64,000 nt of DNA from Microcoleus sp. (GTDB lineage Bacteria > Cyanobacteriota > Cyanobacteriia > Cyanobacteriales > Microcoleaceae): positions 32,001-96,000 of the forward strand of contig JAYFMW010000010.1 of NCBI GenBank assembly GCA_042408215.1, given 5' to 3'. Position numbers and translations under genes: made by a program. This document shows positions 41,410-50,802 of this stretch, piece after piece. Each line of letters opens with the position of its first letter. Position 1 is the stretch's first letter. The notes beneath the pieces are model-generated. The model was not told the DNA's origin, ran no database searches, and saw only the letters and a list, made by a program, of their open reading frames with translations.

Positions 41410-41463
41410 TGGGGAATGGGGAATGGGGAATGGGGAATGGGGAATGGGGAATGGGGAATGGGC
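41408..41463. repeat. Heptamer tandem repeat (aatgggg)n
   Basis: About 8 perfect copies directly after the stop codon. Confidence 0.9.
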
Positions 41464-41701
41464 AATTACCTAGTTGAAGGGCATTCTTTCTGACATCTGT
41501 TACAAAATCTGTTGCCGAAGTTCCTTTTTCCTACTGCTATAGTTGACATATCAAAAATGATGTGTCAGGATTGTAGTAATTAGACAAGTTGCCTTTCAAC
41601 TTATCTTGAAAAAGATGGCGGCTGCTGAACCAAAGTCTTTTACTACCTACAACATCTCTTCAATTTGTGGGGGTTGCATAGCAACCAGCAACCGACTATT
41701 T

Positions 41702-42098
41702 ATGCAAAAGCAAAAAAACTTGAACTAGCTTTTGCGAGCTTTTGATCGGCCTGGTCTTGATGTTAGTTACGATCGCAATTTCTACTCCATTTCTCTGAAG
41801 AGTTCTCTGAAAGAACACTGGCAAGATGCCAGTGCCACAAAAGAGCTCAATAGTTCCCTGAAAGAACACTGGCAAGATGTCAGTGCAACAACTGCAGAAG
41901 TTTTGCTCCCAGAGGGTTTTTCGGTGGAAGCAAAGGGGTTTAACTAGCGTAGATTGCATTACCTTACGGGAGGAGTACAGAAGAGAAGAAGCACCGGCAT
42001 CTGCTCAGCCTATTCAACCAGTAATTGAAGCTCAAGTAGAGGCGCAAATGGTTGATGTAGTCGCTAAAATCAAGCCTGTGTTAACCTTTAAAGCCTAA
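41702..42098 (+). pseudogene. Degenerate hypothetical gene with inserted REP-like palindromes
   Basis: Broken short ORFs; duplicated ctgaaagaacactggcaagatg.cagtgc. Confidence 0.35.
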
Positions 42099-42900
42099 GC
42101 AGGCGCTATTTGTCGGTGCTGGTTGGAGCAAAAATCCCGCCTGGGGTTGCCAACCCCGGGCTAACAGCTAAATTCCTCTTAAGAGGACTGTAAATCTCAT
42201 ACATCAAAAACTAAAATTGAAATTATTAGTCGGTTGTAACTGAGATTTTGCACCGTCAAAAACCTGTAGGGGCGGGTTCACCAATAGCTTTAAAGGATAC
42301 CCAAAGACTAAAAAACCCGCCCCCACCAACGAAGCGAGTACCAGTTGCAATAACCGCTCTTAGGTTTCAACCCCTGTCTCAAGGGCGAAAGTCCTCGCTA
42401 TAATGATTAAAAACCTTTTCATCTCAACTTTTTAGTCGGTTAACACTGACATCTTGTACCAATATCAATAAGGGGCTGTTTTGTGGGTGGGGCGGGTTTA
42501 TTTAACCTGTTTGCAGCGTTTAAGGCTATTGGTGAACCCGCCCCTACAAATTCTTGAGAATGGTGCAACATCTCAGTTAAAACTGACTTTCGCTGTGAGA
42601 GGGGGGTTTTAACCCTCGACGGGTTAAAGAGAATGGTGCAAGATATAACAGAAGGAAGTTCGGCAACGGATTTTGTAACGGATTTAACGGATGTAACGGA
42701 GGTCAATTCGGCAACGGATTTTCTAACGGATTTAACGGATGTAACGGAGGTCAGTAATCCTGAATCAGGAATCAGGAATCAGGCAAATGCAATAATAGCA
42801 ATGGTTTCACTGTCAACCGTCAACCGTCAACTGTCAACTGTCAACTGTCAACTGTCAACCATTCCGGTGTCACCGGAATTGATATTACCCCAATCCTCAA

Positions 42901-44682
42901 TTGTTACCAAATTCCCCTAAATCTACCCATCCTTTGCAGCGGCTGCTGAAATACGGGCGCCGCTATCGGCTTCAAACTTGGCTAGCAACTATCTGTTCAT
43001 TTCTGAATAAACTCTTCGACTTAGCCCCGCCGGCATTAATCGGTATTGCCGTTGATGTGGTGGTGAAACATCAAGATTCGATGCTCGCTCAGTGGGGCAT
43101 AAAAGATGTTTTTTGGCAACTGGCAATTATTACTATTTTGAGCGCGGTCGTTTGGGCTTTGGAATCTATTTTTGAATATGCCTATGATTATTTGTGGCGC
43201 AATTTGGCTCAGAATATTCAGCATGATTTGCGCCTGGAAGCTTACAGCCATTTGCAAGAATTAGAATTAGCTTATTTTGAAGAACGCAGCACGGGTGGTT
43301 TGATATCTATTCTGAATGATGATATCAATCAATTGGAGCGTTTTTTGGACGGCGGCGCTAATGATGTAATTCAGGTAATTACAACGGTAATTATTATTGG
43401 TGCTGCTTTTTTTGCAGCATCTCCTGCTGTTGCTGTGCTGTCAATGCTGCCGATACCGTTTATTGTTTGGGGCTCCATCGCTTTTCAAAATCGCCTCGCT
43501 CCTCTCTATGGGGATGTGCGGGAAAAAGTGAGTTTTTTGAACGGTCAACTGTTGAATAATTTGAGCGGAATTACTACTATTAAAAGTTTTACTTCCGAAG
43601 ATTATGAAACTCAGCGTATCGCAACTCAAAGCGAAGCTTATCGCCAAAGTAACCGACGGGCGATCGTACTTTCTGCTGCTTTTATTCCGTTGATTCGGAT
43701 TCTGATTTTCTTGGGTTTTATTGCTACGCTATTTCTGGGGGGTTTGGAAGTTGTGGCGGGCCGATTGTCTGTGGGAACTTACAGCGTTTTGGTGTTTTTG
43801 ACGCAGCGGTTGCTGTGGCCGCTGACTCGACTGGGGGACACTCTGGATCAGTATCAGCGGGCGATGGCTTCTACTAATCGGGTGATGAGTTTGCTGGATA
43901 CTCCGATCGCAATTCGGACTGGAGATCTTCGGTTGCCCATCAGTTCGATTAAGGGGGCGCTGGAATTTAAAAATGTGACTTTTTCTTACAATCAAAGAAG
44001 ACCAATTTTGCAGTATTTCTCGCTGACTCTGGCGGCGGGAAAAACTACGGCGATAGTTGGCCCTACTGGTTCGGGAAAAAGTACGTTAGTTAAGTTAATT
44101 TTGCGGCTTTATGAGGTACAATATGGAAAAATCACTCTGGATGGCATAGAATTAACTAAACTGAATTTAAAAGATTTGCGTCGGGCGATCGGATTGGTGA
44201 GTCAGGATGTGTTTTTGTTTCATGGTACGGTGGCACAAAATATTGCTTATGGCAGTTTTGATGCAACTAATTCAGAGATAATAGATGCTGCGAAAATTGC
44301 GGAAGCACACGAATTTATCGCGCAATTACCGGAGGGTTATGAGACAATTGTGGGGGAACGCGGTCAAAAATTGTCGGGGGGACAACGCCAGCGGATTGCA
44401 ATTGCTAGGGCTGTTTTGAAGAATCCGCCGATTTTGATTCTGGATGAAGCTACTTCAGCGGTGGATAATGAGACTGAGGCGGCTATTCAGCGATCGCTCG
44501 AACGAATTACTAAGAATCGTACTACAATTGCGATCGCCCACCGTCTTTCCACTGTCCGCAATGCTGACTGCATTTTTGTCATGGAAGATGGGCGAGTGGT
44601 AGAATCGGGACAGCACGAACAACTGCTCGAACATGACGGAGTTTATTCGTCGCTCTGGCGGGTGCAATCTGGTATAAAATAG
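42901..44682 (+). CDS. ABC exporter (fused permease and ATPase)
   Basis: TM domain plus [16 protein letters not shown] and ILDEATS motifs. Confidence 0.92.
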   Translation: MLPNSPKSTHPLQRLLKYGRRYRLQTWLATICSFLNKLFDLAPPALIGIAVDVVVKHQDSMLAQWGIKDVFWQLAIITILSAVVWALESIFEYAYDYLWRNLAQNIQHDLRLEAYSHLQELELAYFEERSTGGLISILNDDINQLERFLDGGANDVIQVITTVIIIGAAFFAASPAVAVLSMLPIPFIVWGSIAFQNRLAPLYGDVREKVSFLNGQLLNNLSGITTIKSFTSEDYETQRIATQSEAYRQSNRRAIVLSAAFIPLIRILIFLGFIATLFLGGLEVVAGRLSVGTYSVLVFLTQRLLWPLTRLGDTLDQYQRAMASTNRVMSLLDTPIAIRTGDLRLPISSIKGALEFKNVTFSYNQRRPILQYFSLTLAAGKTTAIVGPTGSGKSTLVKLILRLYEVQYGKITLDGIELTKLNLKDLRRAIGLVSQDVFLFHGTVAQNIAYGSFDATNSEIIDAAKIAEAHEFIAQLPEGYETIVGERGQKLSGGQRQRIAIARAVLKNPPILILDEATSAVDNETEAAIQRSLERITKNRTTIAIAHRLSTVRNADCIFVMEDGRVVESGQHEQLLEHDGVYSSLWRVQSGIK

Positions 44683-44889
44683 AAACGTAGCGCTTTTGGG
44701 GAATTGGGCATTGGGAATTGGGCATTGGGAATTGGGCATTGGGAATTGGGAATTAGTAATTAGTTATTAGTTATTCACACCAACCAATCACAAATAACCA
44801 ATCACAAATAACCAATAACCAATAACCAATAACTACTGACTACGAACTGCAAACTGCAAAATATTAGTTTCTACAAGCAAGAAGAGAAA

Positions 44890-45327
44890 ATGTTTCTATT
44901 TGAACCCCCTGAGTCAGAAAAAAAAGATGAAAATAACTGGCGTCGCAAGTTAGATAAATTTGTGAAAGCTAATCAACAAGAATTGGCTGCTTTGGCTTGG
45001 GGGCTCTTTCTGGAAAGGGGAGAAGAAAGTGAGGATATTTTGGGCATTGATATTGCCGGAACAGCGCGTTTTGTGTATTGTAAAAAAGAGGCTGTAGAGG
45101 AATTAAACCGTAAAGTTAAAAGTCATATTCAGGAAATTTTAGGTGTGTTGAACGCTCACAAACCTGAGAAAGAAGTGGCGATTGTGGCGATCGGCGAAGG
45201 TCAAATTAAGTTGATTCTATTTGAACCTAAACCTGAACCTCCTATTTGTTTTGAGGAAGCAGCAACAGATGTGGATACTTTGTTGGCTAGGCTGGAAAAG
45301 CAAATGGCAGAATATATGAAAGCATAA
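44890..45327 (+). CDS. ccmS: Beta-carboxysome assembly chaperone CcmS-like protein
   Basis: WRRKLDKFVKANQQELAALAWGL...QIKLILFEPKPEPPICFE recalled as the CcmS pattern. Confidence 0.7.
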   Translation: MFLFEPPESEKKDENNWRRKLDKFVKANQQELAALAWGLFLERGEESEDILGIDIAGTARFVYCKKEAVEELNRKVKSHIQEILGVLNAHKPEKEVAIVAIGEGQIKLILFEPKPEPPICFEEAATDVDTLLARLEKQMAEYMKA

Positions 45328-45447
45328 GTTCCTCGGCGTAGGCTTCAAAACCAAAGAAACCGGGTTTTTTACCGAATCTGCGATGCTCTAACGCATATTT
45401 TCGTAAAAAAACCCGGTTTCTGACCACCCGTGCATAAGTCCTATACA

Positions 45448-46383
45448 TCAGAATAACCAGCAATCAAAATAACCGGCGGGCGGCGAATCGTCATGCAAAA
45501 TTTGAGCTTTGTCTAAATTAGGTATAGCTTGCGCCAATTCTGTACCTACTTTTACTTCCTGCGATCTGTCTGTTAATGGAAATGAAAATTGATGGCTATC
45601 TTGCAAATATTTGGCTCTGGAAATAATCTCGTATTTATCTAAAATAGCGCTGTTGCTACCAATCAAAACGCTGTTAATTTCCTTCCAAGGGCATACACAT
45701 ACCTGGGAAAATACACTTTGAAAAGTTTTGACTTTTTCAGCATAAAAGTCATCTCTTTGCAGCAGGTTTACTAGGACAACTCCCTCGCTTGATAAGTGTT
45801 TTTCGCAGAGTTGATAAAATTCTTTGGTGGCTAGCCGGTGGGGAAAGTAGCCGTTGCCAAAAAATACGTCGGTCAGAATGATATCATACTGAATATCTCG
45901 GTTTTGCTGTTCGAGATACTCTCTGCCGTCTTGAATTGCTACCGTGAGTCGTGAATCTAATTTTACCCCAAAAAACTGTGTGGCTGCTGCGATCGCGATC
46001 GGATCGATATCCGCACAGTCGATCGCACTTTCGGGCAAATAGTGGTGCAAAACTAAGGGAATTCTGCCTCCGCCAAAACCAGCAATGTAGATTCTTTTAG
46101 GTTGGTTTTGCCACACTAAACCTAACATCATCGCTTGAGTATACTCAGACACTAGATGTAAAGGATTGTTGAAATTAAAAACAGATTGCAATAAATCTGT
46201 ATGCAAATTGACCTTTTCTACTAAAGATAGCTTAATTTGCGATCGCTCTTTTCTAACTACAACATAGTGTACTCCCGAATCTTGGCAAAAAATGATTCCG
46301 TCTGGCTGTTGTTGCAGCCAAGCAAGCCGCTGCCCAATTGCGGCTAAATTGATAGTTTGCCAATTTTTTTTGTGCTCAATCAT
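45448..46383 (-). CDS. Spermidine synthase-like SAM methyltransferase
   Basis: EYTQAM, GFGGG, DIDP, DGREY and YDIILTD motifs. Confidence 0.8.
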   Translation of the reverse strand: MIEHKKNWQTINLAAIGQRLAWLQQQPDGIIFCQDSGVHYVVVRKERSQIKLSLVEKVNLHTDLLQSVFNFNNPLHLVSEYTQAMMLGLVWQNQPKRIYIAGFGGGRIPLVLHHYLPESAIDCADIDPIAIAAATQFFGVKLDSRLTVAIQDGREYLEQQNRDIQYDIILTDVFFGNGYFPHRLATKEFYQLCEKHLSSEGVVLVNLLQRDDFYAEKVKTFQSVFSQVCVCPWKEINSVLIGSNSAILDKYEIISRAKYLQDSHQFSFPLTDRSQEVKVGTELAQAIPNLDKAQILHDDSPPAGYFDCWLF

Positions 46384-46449
46384 CTGATTTTCAATGTGAT
46401 TTGAAATTTATCCTCTTCCAAGCATAGCCTGGAAGAAAAACTAGAGAAA

Positions 46450-47058
46450 TTAAGCCGATCGCACTTGCTTGTATGCCACCAATTCCAAACCCGAAATCGC
46501 AAATTCCACTCTTTGCCAATCTTCCTTTTTACCCTCAAACTTTTCAAACGCCGCTGAGGTGAGCAAAATCTCTCCCCCTTCCGCCAAATCCTCTCCCAGC
46601 TTCGATGCCAGATTGAATTCCGAGCCGTACATATCCTCTCCTTCCAGCATCAAAACCTCACCGTAACCTATGCCAATGCAGAGGTAAATATCCATCTCAG
46701 GTGGCAAAGTAGTGTTGACAGCCCCCGTGTGCTTCAGAGAGTTAATCGCAGCTTTCACAGCCGATTTCACATCAGGAAACACTGCAAAAATATTGTCAGC
46801 TTCCTCCTTAACTACAGTGCCGCCGTATTCAGCAATTACAGGTTTGACAATGGCGTGCATCCGATGAATCATTGCCAGAAAATGAATAATTCCGTAACGC
46901 ACAGTTGTCCGAGAAAATCCAGACATATCCATCACCAAAATCGCGTGAGTTTGGCGGAAATTTGCATTGATTTCGGCATCAATTTCTGCCATTTTTTCGG
47001 GACGTTCGTTTCTTTCTTGCAGCAACTTTTCCAGGTAAGCACGGTTGTTTGTTTTCAT
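46450..47058 (-). CDS. Stand-alone class III adenylate/guanylate cyclase domain protein
   Basis: DMSGFS, VKEEADN, IGIGYG and DMYGSEFNLASK motifs. Confidence 0.85.
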   Translation of the reverse strand: MKTNNRAYLEKLLQERNERPEKMAEIDAEINANFRQTHAILVMDMSGFSRTTVRYGIIHFLAMIHRMHAIVKPVIAEYGGTVVKEEADNIFAVFPDVKSAVKAAINSLKHTGAVNTTLPPEMDIYLCIGIGYGEVLMLEGEDMYGSEFNLASKLGEDLAEGGEILLTSAAFEKFEGKKEDWQRVEFAISGLELVAYKQVRSA

Positions 47059-47215
47059 TTTCTAAGAATACTAAATCTGGGTAATTTTTCGAGACTTTAT
47101 CCAGCGCTTCCACACCGTCAGATGCCTGAATTACATTCAATCCGCTGCACCTCAACTGATGTGAAATGCACTCCCGCTGGCTGCGGGAATCTTCTACAAC
47201 TCAAACTGTGCTCAT
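47059..47215 (-). pseudogene. Response-regulator receiver (CheY/PilH-like) remnant
   Basis: MSTV*VVEDSRSQRECISHQL...ASDGVEALDKVSKNYPDLVFL. Confidence 0.7.
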
Positions 47216-47386
47216 CACTCCCCGCCTGGTTTCTGAGGTAAACTTGTCTGCGGCTGCGATTCGCCCTTGCTTAAATTATTTTACCCGCATTGGAAGAGTT
47301 TGTGCTCGTGGGCGATCGGGATTTCCTGACATTGAAACAAATCTTAAAATTCTGGAATTGCGATCGACCTGCGAAATACATTATTC

Positions 47387-47785
47387 TTAAAATAAACAAG
47401 TTCCTGTAAACACGGTCAAAATAGCAGCTATACTTGCAATTTTTGCAACTAACTGTGCCGGAGATGTTTTCTTAATAAATCCCCCCCAAATCGATATAAT
47501 TGCAAACACACAAATACCATTCAAGGCGTCAGCCCAAGAAATCCTCAAGTAGGGATGGTCTACATTTAGATAAATCGTAGATAGATTGAATTTAACGATC
47601 CAATTCCAGAGAATTGAGGCGACAGCCGTAGTAACAGCCGTAGCTATTTGAGAATTTAGAGCAAGTTTTATTTTGATTATTTTCAGTATCCCCAGAGTAA
47701 TCAGTCCATTCAAAACTGACCACATAAAAATATATGGATTCAGATAAAAAATAGGAGTGGTAAAAACATTAATTAGAGCATTCAT
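47387..47785 (-). CDS. Hypothetical membrane protein
   Basis: 132-aa ORF with about 4 hydrophobic segments. Confidence 0.65.
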   Translation of the reverse strand: MNALINVFTTPIFYLNPYIFMWSVLNGLITLGILKIIKIKLALNSQIATAVTTAVASILWNWIVKFNLSTIYLNVDHPYLRISWADALNGICVFAIISIWGGFIKKTSPAQLVAKIASIAAILTVFTGTCLF

Positions 47786-47962
47786 TACTTGCGATTTTCA
47801 CGCTATTTTATTTACTATCTTAACATGAGTCGATCGCACTTCTTAACTACAATAACCCATTCACCAGAAGGCGACGACCGTGGGAGCAGATAAACAGTCG
47901 ATCGCACCCGCCGGCAAAATTCAATGTATAATATGAACGAAGTAAACCGCTATGAGTGAATC

Positions 47963-48409
47963 ATGTCCGCAAACACCGCGCTACCCCCAGCCCTAGCCAA
48001 AATCGTCCAGCGCTTTCAGCGACACTCCGACCCGAAACAGCGCTACGAACAACTGCTGTGGTATGCTAAGCGACTCCCAGCATTTCCCGAAAGCGACAAA
48101 CAGCCTGAAAACAAAGTTTCTGGCTGCGTATCGCAGGTTTATATTACTGCAAATTTAGCAGACGGAAAAGTTTTGTTTCAAGGCGATTCAGACGCTCAAT
48201 TAGTCAAAGGATTAGTTGGCTTACTCGTGGAAGGTTTGAGCGGATTAACGCCTGCTGAAATTGTTAGCGTTACCCCAGATTTTATTCAAGATACGGGATT
48301 GAATGTGAGCCTGACACCTTCCCGCGCTAATGGATTTTACAACATCTTTCAAATGATGAGAAATAAAGCACTTGCTTGTCAATTGAGCCTGCAAGCCGAA
48401 GCAAATTAA
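47963..48409 (+). CDS. sufE: SufE family cysteine desulfuration protein
   Basis: KVSGCVSQV, GDSDA and LTPSRANGF motifs. Confidence 0.93.
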   Translation: MSANTALPPALAKIVQRFQRHSDPKQRYEQLLWYAKRLPAFPESDKQPENKVSGCVSQVYITANLADGKVLFQGDSDAQLVKGLVGLLVEGLSGLTPAEIVSVTPDFIQDTGLNVSLTPSRANGFYNIFQMMRNKALACQLSLQAEAN

Positions 48410-48423
48410 AACAATAAATAGCC

Positions 48424-49330
48424 ATGACTCAAACTACAGATTTAACAAAATCAAATTCTGGCAACTATCCCGCCACAGTTCAAGAATATCTCTGGAATTG
48501 GAAAGAAACGCAATTCAAAGTTATTTACGAAACCAGAGGAAAGGGAACTCCCTGTATTGTTGCTGCCGGCATTCAGTACGGTTTCGACGCGCGAAGAAAT
48601 GCGTCCTTTAGCAGAATTTTTGGCTCCCAATTTTCAAGTTGTGACTTTAGATTGGCCTGGTTTTGGCGATTCATCCCGCCCGCGAACTGACTACAAACCG
48701 ACATTATACCATCAATTTATCAAGGATTTTGTCGAGTCAATTTTTAATAGTCCTGTTGCTGTAATTGCGGCTGGTCACGCGGCGGGTTATGTGATGGCAT
48801 TAGCGCAATCAAAACCCAATGTTTGGTCAAAGATTGTGTTAGCTGCACCGACTTGGCGCGGGCCTTTACCAACGATGAGCAAACAGCAAAGTGGGTGGCA
48901 CGGAATTGTGAGAGAATTAGTCCGATCGCCCTTAATCGGACAATTCCTGTATAAACTGAATACTGCGCCGTCTTTCCTCAGTTTCATGTACCAGCGTCAC
49001 GTCTACGCGGATGCTGCTAAAGTGACGCCGGATTTTATTCAAAGCAAATGGCAAGTTACGCAAAAACCGGGTGCACGGTATGGTTCGGCGGCTTTTGTGA
49101 CTGGTGGTTTGGATACGGCAAAAGTGCGATCGGAATTTACAGATAAGTTTCGACAATTAGCAGTCCCGGTGATGGTTGTAATTGCTGAAAATGCGCCGCC
49201 AAAATCAAAGGCTGAAATGGAATTTTTAGCCGAATTACCGGGTGTTGAATCGCGAGTTATTCCTGGTTCTTTGGGGATGCACGAAGAGTATGCAGCAGAT
49301 TTGGCAAATGCGATTAAATCTTTTATTTGA
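48424..49330 (+). pseudogene. Alpha/beta hydrolase with a single +1 frameshift near 48550
   Basis: YETRGKGTP continues as VLLLPAFSTVS...DWPGFGDS in another frame. Confidence 0.75.
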
Positions 49331-49394
49331 GAGAATTAAGAGGGATTGAACCACAGAGGGCGCAGAGAACGCAGAGGGGAGAAGGGAAGAGGGG

Positions 49395-50354
49395 ATGAAT
49401 GCAAGCTTTTTTTTTACGTTAGTTTGGGTTGTTTGTTATTGGTTTTGTCTGCCAGTTTATGCTGTCGGAGAGCCGTTGTTTGCTGATTCACAAAAGAGTA
49501 TAATTGAAGGTGCGATCGACTTTCACGTACATTCTTCTCCTGATGTGATTCCCCGCAGATTAGACGATTTTGAAGTAGCTAAATTAGCTGCTAGCGCGCA
49601 CATGAAAGCTGTGGTATTGAAAAATCATTTTGGGAGCACAGCAGCCCGCGCAGTTCTGGTTAATAAAATAGTACCAGAGATCGAAGTTTTTGGAGGAGTT
49701 GTTCTCAATAATTCTGTAGGTGGGATTAATCCCCAAGCTGTAGAAGCAATGCACCGCATCGGCGGCAAATATGGTAAAGTAGTTTGGTTGCCAACGGTTG
49801 ATGCTGACTGTCACTTGAGAGTTTTTCATCAGCCGGGAATTGGCATTAAAGTCGCGGAAAATGGCAATATTTCACCGGAAACAGAAGCGGTATTGAAGAT
49901 TGTAGCTAGAGATAATTTAGTGTTGGAAACTGGTCATATTTGCCCAGAAGAGGTTATGGCTGTTGTTGGGCGATCGCACTTTCTCAACATTAAGAACATC
50001 CTGATTACCCACGCAATGGCCGATGTACCCGGTTTGTCCCTAGAAAATATGCAAACAGCCGCCCAGATGGGAGCTTTCTTAGAACTCGCATTTGTCAACG
50101 ATTTGATGGGAGAAAATGCCGCCGATCGGGGACACAGAAACTGGCATCATGTTTCAATTGATCGGATGGCTGCCGCTATCAAACTAATAGGAGCCGAGCA
50201 TTTTGTTCTCAGTACAGATTTGGGCAGAAAACTCGATCCTTTGCCTGCGGAAGGTTACGAGTTATTTGTCAAAAAATTGATGAATGAAGGCATTTCTCAG
50301 CAGGAAATTGATTTAATGATCGAAGAAAATCCAGCTCGATTGTTAGGAATTTAG
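49395..50354 (+). CDS. Amidohydrolase-superfamily protein (DUF6282-like) with signal peptide
   Basis: DFHVHSSPD, LKNH, TGH, ITH and STDLG metal-binding motifs. Confidence 0.75.
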   Translation: MNASFFFTLVWVVCYWFCLPVYAVGEPLFADSQKSIIEGAIDFHVHSSPDVIPRRLDDFEVAKLAASAHMKAVVLKNHFGSTAARAVLVNKIVPEIEVFGGVVLNNSVGGINPQAVEAMHRIGGKYGKVVWLPTVDADCHLRVFHQPGIGIKVAENGNISPETEAVLKIVARDNLVLETGHICPEEVMAVVGRSHFLNIKNILITHAMADVPGLSLENMQTAAQMGAFLELAFVNDLMGENAADRGHRNWHHVSIDRMAAAIKLIGAEHFVLSTDLGRKLDPLPAEGYELFVKKLMNEGISQQEIDLMIEENPARLLGI

Positions 50355-50355
50355 A

Positions 50356-50800
50356 ATTGGGCATTGGGCATTGGGCCGAAAAGCATCTTCGCCGAAAAGC
50401 ATTGGGAATAGGGCATTGGGAATTGGGAATTAGTAATTGGTAATTGAAACCAACAAATAACTAATCACTAATGACTAATCACTAATGACTAATGACTAAT
50501 TACGAATTACGAATTACGAATTACGAATTACGAATTCCCCATTCCCAATTACGAATTACGAATTACGAATTACGAATTACGAATTCCCAATTCCCAATTA
50601 CCCATTCCCAATTACCCATTCCCAATGACCAATGACCAATGACCAATGACTACTGACTAATGACTACTGACTAATGACTAATGACTAATGACTAATGACT
50701 AATTACGAATTCCCCATTCCCAATTACCTATTCCCAATGACTAATCACTAATCACTAATGACTAATGACTAATGACTAATGACTAATGACTAATGACTTC
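50356..50800. repeat. Long mosaic of 7-bp short tandem repeats
   Basis: (ttgggca)n, (actaatg)n, (aattacg)n and (ccaatga)n blocks. Confidence 0.92.
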
Positions 50801-50802
50801 TT

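Noticed and set aside
42440..42920. Small ORFs in repeat-rich intergenic DNA (also 2462..2785, 11110..11355, 58197..58747)
   Set aside because: They are translations of REP-like and heptamer repeats with no coding signature
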